64,000 bases of DNA from Moniliella sp. 'wahieum'. Taxonomy: Eukaryota. Positions within the stretch are counted from its first letter, which is position 1, and each line of letters begins with the position of its first letter. Where the stretch lies: NCBI GenBank assembly GCA_003971905.1, contig RSEE01000013.1, forward strand, positions 558,001-622,000. Reading direction: 5' to 3'. Under the pieces are notes generated by a model. The model searched no databases and was not told where the DNA came from. It saw nothing but the letters and a program-made list of their open reading frames with translations. The position numbers were made by a program, and so were the translations under genes. This document shows, in pieces, positions 24,384 to 36,064 of this stretch.

Positions 24384-27300
24384 CCCACCCAAAGTATGCC
24401 TAAAATGCATTTGATTGAACCGGAAAGAATCCCACTTGGAGCACTTGGAATAGGAACCACTTGTCGCGCCCCTATAACGTGGGAATAGAGAGTGGTGTGG
24501 GCTTTTAGGACTCGACCAGAAATGAATTTGGCTGATATCCTAAGCGCAAATGCATGAGGTTAAGTTAGGCACATTCAATTATAGAGAGAATGGAAAAATG
24601 GCGCGCACGCTACCGTCATCATACGTGCCTTTAAAGCTGCGTGTGCCGGGATCTTGGGTTTATCCCAGGCAAACCCCGCAGCCGTGGAACGTTGAACACT
24701 TGGTTGGGATGGAAGACAATGGGCGGGATCCCGTATCTGTATCTGTTTTCTTTCAGTTCCTGAAGTTGACATGGTGTGACATGTCAATGTCAATCTAACT
24801 GCGACAGTGTCAATATCAATGTCAACACACAGATGGCGAAGCGAGAGCTGGGCTGAGAGGCTTAGAGCTATTGAAACTAAGAAGAATAGCCGAACGAGTA
24901 ACTTTATTCTTGTGTCGCGACGTTGCGTTGAACGTGAATGTGTTGAACGTCCTTCGCCCACGAGTATCTTGCGTGGGCACAAAGATTACCGGCCAGTTAT
25001 CAGTTACGGTTACCTGTTACCGGAACCCGAGAAGTCGGTGTACTCCTGTTGTACCCTCCAGTTGTTTTCCGTTGTTCAGATGTTCAACGTATACTGTACT
25101 GTAGTCCCCAGATGGCCACCGGATCAATGACCGAACATTCATCACACCTATGAGAAGACACACCATCTGAGGAGCGATACAGAGCTTGCCACATTTATAT
25201 CCGTCTCGCACATGCGTCACATTGTGCTGCTGTGTCTATATGGGAAACGTCCGACAGAGACCTGAAGGCCTGAGGCCAGAGCGAGCACTGACGTGCTGAC
25301 GTGTTCTGAGGCTGACACATACTTGGTTCAACTTCAGGGTCTAAACAAACAGAAAGCTGGGGAAAGAGAGGGTGCGCTCGGGTGTATTCAATCGCATACC
25401 AAAGAAGTGTCTGTCGGCGGCGACGACGTCGCCGCTCCGTTATTATATACGTGTGAACGTTATCTGCGTTATTCAACGTCTTTCTCCCATCAAAAAACAA
25501 TGGAGATGGTCCATGGGTGGCGCGGGATAATCGATAATCGATACTAAGGCTTAACGCATGTGGCGCGGGAAGGCGTAAAAAGCGCAAAACGCGCAAAAAC
25601 AGATTGCAACACCCGCCGGAGAGCGTGTGACATGTGAGTAGTATGTGAAGCCTGCACAGGACCTGAGAGTGGGACAGACTCTCTGTCAGCGCCTCAACGT
25701 ACTCAACCTCTAATAAAGCTAAAGCTTAAAGCTTGGTGAAGCTTTCGGAGCGTTTGAAGCTTACAGTTACACCTCGCTTCACTGAAAAGAAAACACACAC
25801 TTCTTCGCTGATGGTGATCTATGCCTTCCTCCTTGCTGCGGGTGTGTAGGGGGGAGCGGGGTCTGTGCTGGGTGCTCCGCTGAACTGAGCGCGCTGATTA
25901 GGCTGAAGCATGGAAGCAAGTGGAGATGGGGTGTGTGCCTGTGTGGTCCTGTGGTTCTATGTGTGGTCTGTGCGGCGTCCTGATGGAGATACGGTCTTGC
26001 ACGTGGGAAGTTAGTTTAATCACCTGGAAGCTTCGATGTGACATGTAAATAAAGGCCACAACACTGCAAATATGCTCTTCCATCTTCCACCCTACCGTCC
26101 ACCCCACAATGTCCAACCCCGCAGGAGGGGTGGTTACAGGGAAATTCACATACGGTCGGGGCGGCGTATATACTTCATCTTCCAACAAATACTTATTGGG
26201 TGTTGTTCTGAAATCTGAGACGAACGTTCTTCCTATCCTCCTTCTCGCTGCGCAAGTTGTAGATTCTCAGCTTCAGGTTTCATATTCTCGCAATCGATTA
26301 GCGGCAATCGGCAATCTTGAATCCCCCCCGCTTCTTAGAAACCACAGGGTAACATGTAAAAACTCTTCAAGCTTCTGGCTTCAAGCGCTCAGGGCCAAGG
26401 TTGGAGAAGACGAAATGTGATGAGATCTGAGATCTCGATGTGCAGTAGTTCAAAAACGTCCAGTGGTGTTAACGCTGTTGTGTGGCCCATTATATATTGT
26501 AGTGCGCACGCGGGTTGTCAGTTTGTCCTTGTGCCGGAGGTATCCGTCCTCTGCGGGGCAGCCTATCCGCCCGTGGGCAAGGCACACACGTGTGCACTGT
26601 GCTTTCTGTGCACGTTGGCCTGCTGGGCAGGCTTTTGTTAGCGTTTATTACGCAGCTCAAACCAAGGCGTTCAAGCTTCCAGGAAGCTTCAGGGGGAGGT
26701 TCGCATCGGGGTGGCCGGTGGGCCGGGGTGGTGTGGCGGTGGGCATGGTGCTTGAAGCTTGAAGCTTGAAGCTTGAGGCGACAGCCAGGAGCTTGAAGCT
26801 TTGAAGCTTGAAGCATTTGAGGCTGATAATTAATGAAGGGTTTTGCTGTCCGCACCGGCACACAGGGCGCTGGGCTGCTACGTATGCCTGAGACTAGCGC
26901 CTGGTCATAATGAGTACCTAGCAGTCACAGTGACTTGGTGAGTTACTGGTGGCTAGTGGCTAGGCTGGCTGGTCACGGTGGTGACCAGTGACCTGACGCG
27001 GACGGCTGAGCGCTGACTAGCGGCTAGTCAGTGACTCCACCACCATCGACCATCCCACACCACGGCGCAAGTGCCCTGTCACATGTCAGCCATACACAGC
27101 CCAGCTAGCCCTGGATGGAGGCGCTATCGATTATGCCCTCTTCCCTCAAACTTCAAGTGAAGCTTCAAGGTCATGCGCATATGCTTTTCTCAAGCTTCTA
27201 GCTTGAATAGCTTCTAGTGCCTAGCCTGCAGCTTGCCGCCATAGCTTCCACAGCTCGTCAAGTTGCAACTGCAACAGAGCGAGTTTCACGGTCTGTGCTC

Positions 27301-27913
27301 TGTCCTGGGATGCCACCCGGCAGCACGCGGCACATGATCGATGTCGGTAATCCATGATGCTCACGCCCGCTGGCCAGAAGTATTGGCCACCTGCCAGGCC
27401 TGTCAGCGTCCTGAGCGGCCCACCGCGGAGGCTGAGCTGAGCGGGCCTTGGCGCGTGGATCGGATCATCGATGGGCTTCATCCATTCGGCCTCCCCTGGG
27501 GCGTCGCATCCCAAAACATCTCCCCCACAGGCCCCACATCGCATCATCCATCCCCACCATGCTCAGCGCTCGGCCCAGGGCTCAGCCCAGCGCTCTGTCT
27601 GCGCCATCCGAAAGTTTTCCCTTGCAAAGTCGAGCCATGCAGGGCACTGCGACAGCCTCCCAGCCCATCTGTCTCTTCGCACGGGCATGTCTATCGCCCC
27701 ACCTGCGCTTCCCGCCTGCCCAATACATATAAACCCAACCCACCTTCTCATCCACGCACACCTGGCCCGGCTTCGTGCGATACCACCACCCCGCCTCCGC
27801 CCTGCTTCCCTCGTCCGCCGCTTCTCTGCCGACTTATGGCATCCCCCCTCCAGCTCCAGTGTCTCCACGACCTTTGCGCCGCGTGCGTCCCCCCGGCCAG
27901 CCCAGCCTTGTCA

Positions 27914-28782
27914 ATGGCATCGTTGTTGGATGGTACGTATGCCAACCACCGTAATGTGCTGGCTACTCTTGGTGCTAATCCGACCCCCCTCCCACCACCC
28001 CCTCCAGACATGTCTCCTCTCTCCACACCCACCGACACGAAGCTCCCCCGTCCCCACACGCTGGCCGTGGCCGCGGCCAGCATGGCCGCCCGCACCTCGA
28101 TGCACCGTGGCAGTGACCCTGGCCGGCCCACTGGTCTTCCGCAGCCAGCCCTTGCTCACGACGTTACCCTCCCCTCGGCAGTGCCCATCAAAACCGTCTC
28201 CCTCTCTCCTACCCACGCCACCAACACCCAGCCCGAAAATTCCATGGGTGCAGCCTGCTTCTCCCTTCTCACCAGCTACGCTTTGGGTCAAGACCCATTA
28301 TCCCGTCCTCCCTCCCCACCAGAGGACGGTGATCCCGACTCGCTCTTCCCCATGGAGATGGGCATGGAGATGGAGACGGAGATGGAAGTGGAGATTGACC
28401 TGTTTGGGGACATGAACAAGAGGCCGCACAGCCCTATTAATCGAGACGCAAGGATGCCTTTTGGTTCTTCTTCCGACTTGGCTCTGGCTCCACTCGGTGC
28501 CCGTGCCCGTGCACGCACTTACCTCCCCCGCCTCGACCTGCGGTGGTAACACGCAAATTCTCCACTCCTACTCTGCGTCCCGTGTATGGCAAGCCGCCCC
28601 TTGGCCCCGTGGTGGAAAAGGAGGTTCGGGTCAAACATACGCCCATTCCCCCCTCACATCGCGATGCGTTGCCCCTGCAAGATGCCTTGCAGCCACGCCG
28701 ACGCTCTAGTAGGCGAGCCCCTTCCATCGAGGAAGAGCGCAGAGGAATTCCCATCCCCATCCCACCGTCCCGCCAGCGCTAA
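27914..28782 (+). CDS. Pro/Ser-rich hypothetical protein
   Basis: Distal part of the 402-aa ORF from MASLLDGTY, probably continuing after a frameshift into 28543-28782. It is flanked by stop-rich intergenic DNA. No recognisable domain. Confidence 0.35.
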
Positions 28783-31007
28783 TCGATCATCGATAATCCC
28801 CCTCCCCCACCTCCACTCTATGACCCCACCCCACGCCCCACGACAGTCAGCCAACCCCTGCCAAAGCGGTGGGGTTGGTAGTTAGTTTCTCGGGTGACGA
28901 AACGAAGACTTCAACTGCCTCTGGTATCGATCTTAGATCTCATTGATCTTATCCATCTTTTCTCTACTACCTCCGCCCCCCTCTCCTCTCTTTGTCCCCC
29001 TGTCTCCCCGCTCCGGCGCTTCAGCTGAAGCCTCAGCCTGAGCCCTCAGGCCTCCCACTCATCTCATCTCCCCCATCCGGCGGCCTCTTTGCCCCTCACC
29101 GCGGTGTCAGACTTTCCTGATGCCTGATGTCTGATGCCTGGGTAGGAAAAAGACAAAAACTACCGTTGGGGATTCTTCCCCCCCTGCATACCTATCTTCC
29201 CATGGGCCCCCACAGCCTCAGGGCTTCATCTCTTCGAAGTGATCATTCATATGACGTTCTACCATTTCGTGCTTTGGATAGAACGTTAACGCTCTGCCGC
29301 GGCCAACAGGGCTAATAATAGTGGGGCTGCTGGGCTGCCGGGCTGCTGGGGGGAAGAGAGGCTCTCATGCTTTTGCTAGTTCGTTGGTTGGCTGTTGTGA
29401 CATGTGACTGGTCATAGAAGTGACTAGTGACTACTAAGATACCCGGTGCCCACAGAGTGGTTAGACGCCCACTGCACCTCTGCAACTCAGCCCCTCGGTT
29501 CGTTTAGCGTACGTCAAGTAAAATTGACAAGCGGGAAGTTTGAGCTTGAAGCTTGTAGCTTGTAGCTTGAAACATAGTACCTCTGGCCACAGGGTTGGCG
29601 CTGGGCGTGCTCCGGTGGGGATGGCCGGTGGGCGCTGGGCGCTGGTGTACAAGATGGCCCCACCATCCACTCTCCCCACGTGTCATGGTGGGCCTTGTTG
29701 CGCCAGTGTTGCGTCGCTGTTACGCTCCCCCCCGGCGCCCCCTAACACAGGGGGTTCTGGGGGTTCCGGCACGGGTGCCGGGTGGCGGTTAAATACGAAA
29801 GACGTGTCTCAGATCTCAGGCACCGACAATCGGTGATTAATGATTGCCACAACCTCGCACCAGACCAGTTCAGTAGTCACTGGTCACTGGTCGCTGAGTC
29901 TGACCGTCTCAGACTCGATTTCAGATCTCAGACTTAAAGCTTAAAGCTTAAGATCTAAGATCTCATGCAGCATGCATGCCACATGTCACATGTCACGGAT
30001 CTCACACGCCCCGACGTCACGCTTGGCATGGTATGCGTGCTTGCGTGCTTGCATGCTTTGCGTGTTTCGCCACCCGGCTTGGCCCTGGCGCTTGGCTCCG
30101 CCCCGCCAGTGCCCGCCCCACAGACACCAGTGCACCACCAGTCGACACCAGCCCACCTCGGCCTAAGGCCTCAGGGCCTCACCACCGCTCGCTACCCCAA
30201 CTTTGGATTTGACCACACTCGCTCTAAGCGACGGCGAGACGCACCTTGAAGCTTGAAGCTTGTTGACGACGTTGACGCTTGAAAGCTTGAACAAGTAGGG
30301 GGTTCCTTCCTCTTTTGCCCCCCCGTTTTAGTACTTAGTGGACCGGTGGGGACGGGATGAGCGGCCGGGGCATGGGACAAACACGGCAACAGCGCAGTAA
30401 GATAAGAGCTAAGAAACTACGAAGCTACGATGCTAAGATCTACTCTATTCTCGGAATCTATCGACTATCGACTATCTGAAGATCTAGGATCTAGCAGCTA
30501 AATTGTCCAAGCTACAGACTGAGCGCGCGTTGAGCTCTGATATGGAATGGGCCGAAAATGTCATCCACATATGCTTCTTGCCCCCCAACCATTAATGTTT
30601 AGTCACACCGCCATCAAAAGTGTACGCAAGTTTATAACAAGTTTTTTTTATCTCTCTACTCCCCGCAACCCACCCGCAAGCACCGATAATGCGAACGTAC
30701 GAGCATCTTGGATTGCCATGTGGCAATCTGTTGTCACATGTCACATGTCACTAATTAGTCACTCAAGCTTCAAGTTGCTAGAACTATAAACTACGTGATC
30801 ATCGATCATCGATCACAGGATCACGAGGCACTAGTCCCTACGAGCCGTTACGCGTTACCGGTGACCGGTGACCGGTGACCAGCCTCCGCGTGCGAGCCCA
30901 CCATGTCCACACCTTTGTATAGACTTGTCCACGTGCGCCCCCGTGGATTCGCCGCAGGGCACCATTGCTCGCCCCCACCTGCCACAGGGTTGGAGGTACG
31001 TTGAAGG

Positions 31008-31167
31008 TGTCGGCCTCGCTACTACCACAGAATGTGAGCACTGAACGTCGTATTTGACTAAGAAGCTTCTGCGACTGACTCGTCCAGAAGACTGGTGCGA
31101 GCTCGGAAGGAATGAAAGCTGACTCACGTGACTCAGGGTCCGCGCGGTCCTAGGACGGATGTCAACA
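31008..31167 (-). repeat. 3' LTR
   Basis: TGTCGGCC...GATGTCAACA. Differs from the other LTR at one position (31055 T vs 35952 G). Preceded on the minus strand by the short purine tract AGCGGGGG. Confidence 0.97.
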
Positions 31168-34100
31168 CCCCCGCTGACCGGAGGGCCCAGTCATGTGGAC
31201 TGGATCCATCTCCTCGACGCGGAGTTGAGCAAGATGGCTTGTCAGGGCGGGACGGCCGAGAGGCTTGGTGAGGACGTCCGCTGGGTTCCTTTCGCCGGGG
31301 ATGTGTACAAGTATGGCCTCGCCCGAGTCCACGTGTTGCCGTACATTGTGGTACCGGATCTTCAGCTCTCGGAGCTTGCCGGTGCTGCCAAATTTGTGGG
31401 CGAGATCGACGACAGACTTATTGTCGCAATACCAATGAATGGGTGTACCCTCGCCGATGGCCCCAAGCTCGATCATGATGTTCTTGACATAGTTGGCGTC
31501 AACCAGTCCATCATATCCTGCCGTATATTCGGCGGCGGCGGTACTGGTAACGCTCTTCGGCTGAAGAATGGATCGCCACGACACCGGCACACCGTACACC
31601 ATCAGTAGGCATCCAGATGTGGAGCGTGCCTGGATGGGATCTCCCGCCAAGTCGGAATCTGTATACAGCGCAATGGCCGGTGCATCTGATGTTGGGGTCA
31701 ACCTCAGGCCCTTTCCTCGAGTATGGTACAGGTAGCGAAGGAAGTCATCGACTGCTTGATGATGCTGCTGCGATGGGTCGGCAGCGGCTCTGCTGAGGGC
31801 CGTGATAGCGAAGAGGGAGTCAGGCCGGCCCATTCGTGCAGCCCACAGTCCCGATCCGATCTTCCCCTGATATGCCTTGCGCAAGGCTGGGAGGGATGGG
31901 GGTTCAGGGTCGGCACGGGGCGGTATCATCCGTACGGGATGTGGGAGAGTCCGGATCCACGGGGCTTTGATGTGGTGCTTTGCCACCACTTCCTCGATGA
32001 ACTTTGGTTGGCTCAGGTACAGCTCCCCACCGATCCGATCGTATTGGCATCCCAGGTGGTAGTGAAGGGGACCGTTACCACGAACATCAATGTGTGTGTT
32101 TATCTCGGCCATAAACTCCTCGTACTTTTGGTGTGACTTGCATGCGAGGAGCAGATCGTCGGTGTGGACCGCCAGGAGGATCTGCTCACCCGGTGGTGCA
32201 GCGCGCACGAACAAGCAGGGCTCGGTCAAGCTTTGCGTGAAGCCGAGCTTGTCACGCAGCAGGTTCCGGATGTATCGTGCCCAGTTTGCTCCGCTCTGAT
32301 GTAGCCCGTATAGACTCTTCTTGAGACGCCACACGCGACCACCCGCTTCGGGGAAGTAGGGGGGTGGGCGGATGTAGACTGCTTCTTCGAGGGGGGCGTT
32401 CAGGTACGCTGCATTGACGTCCGCCGAGAAGAGGCCAAACTTATACTTCTCGGCCAGCACGACGAGGGTCAGGATGGCAGGTGTGCGCACCGATGGTGCG
32501 AACGTCTGGCCCCAAGTCTCGGCCGATTGTTGGTGTCCGCCCGCGACAAAGCGCGCGCGGTGGCGCAGGAACCGGCCCTCGGCGTCCGTCTTTGTGGTGA
32601 TGCGCCATAGTCCTATGAGGATTTGTGCACCCGGTGGTGGGTACGTAGCCTCGTAGGTGCCGTATCGCGCGAGTGTGGCCACCTCGTCGGCCATAGCCTG
32701 CTTGACCATGGCAAAGGAGGGGTGAGTCTCGAGACCCTTGAGCGTCTTGGGAGCGAGGGGTACGCCATCCTTGGTGAGCTGAACCGTGTCCGGGTGGATG
32801 GGTGCGCTGAGAGCAGTCATGGCGGCGTATTCGGGAGGTTGAACTGTGTCGGCAAACGGGGGGGCGGATGTGTCAGGTAGGGGGCGGGCGATGCCGATCT
32901 CTGGTGCGGCGCAGTGGGGCGTGGCGGCTGCAGCACGAGCATGGTAGGTCGTGTCGGTGGGGTCGTCAGCGATTGGGAGTGTGTGCAGGTCGAGGGAGGT
33001 GCGGGTGGTGCGCTGGCGGAGGGGGTAGCGGCGCGGAGGGGGGTGGTGGTGGGAGCGGGTGTCTGGGGTGTGGCGGCGGTTCGGGGCATGGGTGCTGCCG
33101 CGGCTGGCGGAGTAGGGTTAGCGTCTTTTTCACTGTCGATTTTAATTTGAGGTGATTTGGAGATGTCGGGTGGGAAGTGGTCGGGGTGGAGATGGGGGTA
33201 GATGGCGTTGCCCCATTTGTACGGTTTCGACCAGCGGTAGGTGAAGGTACCCAGGGATGGTTGGTATGTGGCGAAGAGCCATCCCTTTGATCCGCGCTGA
33301 TGGTGGTATCCTACCAGCATACCTTCCTCTGCCCGCGCGCTGAGCTTGTGCTCGCGGCGTGACTCGGGCAGATGGAGGTATGCAACGCGGCCAAAGGGTT
33401 GCATCGGTAACGAGTATGCGTGGCCTTTGTATCGCTCAAATCGCGATTTGTTGTCTTCCCCGGATGTTTTGAGTGGCATTTGGTTTTGGGTGAAGCACGC
33501 AGCGTGGAGGCTGTGTTCCCACCAGTCCGACGTCGGAAGACCTGTACCCAAGAGCAACTGCCTTGCACGAGTCGTTATGGTTCGGATGGCACGCTCAGCC
33601 ACACCGTTGCTAGCACTCTGCCCCGGGATTGTCCGTTCTGACGTGATGCCTTGCTCGTCCAGAAAAGGTTGCAGTGCGCTTGTCAATTCGGGGGCGTTGT
33701 CCGTGCGCAAAGTCCGCAGCAGTCTGTCCGGGCCGTAGCGTTGCTCCCGCAATATGAGGTTCCGCAGTTCCTTCGTTGCAGCGCCCTTTGTCGGGATCGC
33801 TGTGGTGAAGACGTACCGCGTGAAGTCATCAACGGCGACGAGGGCGTATCCGTGCCCCATGCCGGTTACCCGGGGGAGGTCTACTACGTCGACGTGGAGG
33901 ACCTCGAAAGGTCTTTTGGATCGGAGGCGGTCCCGGCTCGGATGGGGCGATGCTGTCGCTAGTGCCACCGCGCATGTTGGGCAATCCCACTCTGAACGAC
34001 AGAGGGAGATATGCTTGGCTGTGACGCGGAGGCCTGCGGTTTCCGATCGTGTAAGCCAGGGGAGGAGGTCGATGGCTGCGTGGTTCCAGCGTTTGTGGGC

Positions 34101-34589
34101 TTTAGAGACGTGGTCCAGGGCCAGGGATGCTGCGAGGGAGTTTGGGGTTGAGGGTGGGTCGGCCGGTTTGATCGGTTTGGTCGCCATGGCCCGCAGGGGT
34201 GTGGGTGGCGTTCGCGGGTTGTGTAAGATCGTGAATTGATAGTCACTGCCGGTTACTTTTCGTAGGGTGGATCCTGGGTTACCAAGCCAGATACCCTTCT
34301 GGTGTGGGGCGAAGTATGATGCGATTCCGGTGTTCGACAGGTGTGCTACACTGACGAGATTTCGGCTGAAACGGGGCATGTATAGGCTGTTGGGGAGTTT
34401 TATCTCCATTTGGTGTCCTCCTAAGCATCGGATACGGATTGTGGCCGTGCCTCGTCCTTCCGCCTTTACATGTGTCCCGTTAGCAACCTCTATCTCGTCG
34501 TCGCAAGGGGTCATGGATGTGAAGACGGATTTGTCTTTCCAAATGGATGGGAATGCCCCACTGTCATATAATGCCCGGATGATTCGCAT
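31162..34589 (-). CDS. Copia Pol (protease, integrase, reverse transcriptase, RNase H) with one frameshift in the IN-RT linker
   Basis: Protease LYDSGA and NLVSV. Integrase HKRWNH..CPTC, LHVDV, LRTDNAPE, NGVAER. RT RARFVAGG, DVNAAYLNA, LKKSLYGLHQS, HTDD. RNase H YTDSD, AAAEY, CDNKS, ADVLTK. Confidence 0.95.
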
Positions 34590-34604
34590 TTCGCCCCCGA
34601 GTTC

Positions 34605-35852
34605 CTAGTAGTCAGCTGTGCCCGCATCAACGTCAATCACTTCAGACTCGGGAGAGCTCGCTCTCTGAGCGACGTGAGCGTTGGCTCGGCCTGGGTTGCG
34701 CGGAGGGACAACAGGTTTATTAGACGTCGCGCTGCGCCAGGGTTGGTTGGTGCGGTCTTGCCCCTTGGTCTTTGTGTCCGCGAGGTTGTCGTCGCCGGCT
34801 TTGCCCCCGCTGGAGTTTTTTCCCCCGCTGGTGGGTCGTCCCCCGCTGTCGGGTCGAGTCCAAGGCGTTCCTCCGTTGACCGGCTTGCCTCCGTTTCTCT
34901 TCCTTTCTCCACCGGGATACGTGGCGGCTGGTATGTCCATCACGGCCTGCCGTAACTTGTCTAGACTCGAGCGCTCTTCACGCTGGCGAATGCTCATGTC
35001 GCGTAAGCCGAGTAGGATCCCAGTGCGTTCCTGCTCTTCCGTAAGTGGGATGCCCGCTCGCGTCAGGCTTGCACTGATCTCTTCCATGTAGTCGAGGTAG
35101 TCTCGACCCGATCGGTTTCCTTGGTCGGCCGAAAAGTAGCGAATGAGTAGAGGCCCTCTGTTTGCGGTAGGCGTATATCCATACCGCTGACGCAGCATGT
35201 TCAGCGTGTCCTGGGTGCATGATATTTCGTGGTGGGTGCGGATCGTCCGGAAGAGGGTTGACGGCATGGCTTCCCTAAGAAGGTTGTGCAAGCGTCTGTC
35301 GAGGTCCTCGGTGAAGTAGCGGGAGCTGCGACCATTCTGGACGACGTCGCTTGCGTGGGGGTGGGCATCTGTTATCGCGAAGAGAAATTCGTCTTCCCAA
35401 GCGCTGTAGGCGGACGGGTCTTTGTTCAGATCAGGCCACTTGATATTCTTGGTGGGAGACTCGCGTAGTGATCTGTAAAGGTCGTACTCGGGTCGCGAGG
35501 CTGCGCCTGTAGGTGCCCCCAAAGTTGCGTTGGGTTGAGTTTCCATTTGGTGGATGTTTTGCACCACAAAATTCGTAGCCCGTCGAACCCAGTTTGTCGT
35601 GATAGACGTAGGTTCGTCCTTCCATCCAAGCCACTCGGCTCTGTCGTGTATAGCTCTGTTGATCTTCTCTTTAACGACATCGATGTCGTTCGTCTTCTTG
35701 AACCACAGGTGCGCTTCGGCGCAAAGCATCATGAGTTCCTCGTTGTCGGTGCCAATCGGTGGCGGATCGCGACCGGTTGGTGTCCAGTAATCGCGCTTGT
35801 TCACCATTGTGGTGTCGCTGACCGAGAGATCGGTGTTAGCGTTGGCGCCCAT
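34605..35852 (-). CDS. Copia Gag (415 aa, no CCHC knuckle)
   Basis: ORF starting 53 bp inside the 5' LTR boundary. YSAWEDEF..LNMLRQRY..DYLDYMEEI..LLGL resembles the copia capsid. Ends in a TAG in frame with pol. Confidence 0.88.
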   Translation of the reverse strand: MGANANTDLSVSDTTMVNKRDYWTPTGRDPPPIGTDNEELMMLCAEAHLWFKKTNDIDVVKEKINRAIHDRAEWLGWKDEPTSITTNWVRRATNFVVQNIHQMETQPNATLGAPTGAASRPEYDLYRSLRESPTKNIKWPDLNKDPSAYSAWEDEFLFAITDAHPHASDVVQNGRSSRYFTEDLDRRLHNLLREAMPSTLFRTIRTHHEISCTQDTLNMLRQRYGYTPTANRGPLLIRYFSADQGNRSGRDYLDYMEEISASLTRAGIPLTEEQERTGILLGLRDMSIRQREERSSLDKLRQAVMDIPAATYPGGERKRNGGKPVNGGTPWTRPDSGGRPTSGGKNSSGGKAGDDNLADTKTKGQDRTNQPWRSATSNKPVVPPRNPGRANAHVAQRASSPESEVIDVDAGTADY

Positions 35853-35904
35853 GGTTGTGGGTAGTTTTGGCCAGCTCAGGGATGAGCAGATAAGGATGTA
35901 ACTC

Positions 35905-36064
35905 TGTCGGCCTCGCTACTACCACAGAATGTGAGCACTGAACGTCGTATTGGACTAAGAAGCTTCTGCGACTGACTCGTCCAGAAGACTGGTGCGAGCT
36001 CGGAAGGAATGAAAGCTGACTCACGTGACTCAGGGTCCGCGCGGTCCTAGGACGGATGTCAACA
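35905..36064 (-). repeat. 5' LTR
   Basis: 159/160 identical to 31008-31167 by manual comparison. Confidence 0.97.

Larger units (their letters stand above)
31008..36064 (-). mobile_element. Full-length Ty1/copia LTR retrotransposon (5057 bp)
   Basis: Two 160-bp TG..CA LTRs. 5-bp target site duplication GAAGG at 31003-31007 and 36065-36069. Domain order is gag-PR-IN-RT-RH. Confidence 0.97.

Noticed and set aside
17741..24634. TTAA-flanked (Kolobok/piggyBac-like) termini around the transposon relic
   Set aside because: Only TTAAAGG matches in inverted orientation, which is too short to distinguish from chance.
24400..26450. Protein-coding genes among the short ORFs here
   Set aside because: No motifs or consistent frame that I can support. 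Left unannotated.
32817..32820. ATGA stop-restart coupling between the integrase and RT ORFs
   Set aside because: The RT frame is open and protein-like for at least 60 codons upstream of this ATG. A single indel in the G-rich linker near 33000-33060 explains the split.
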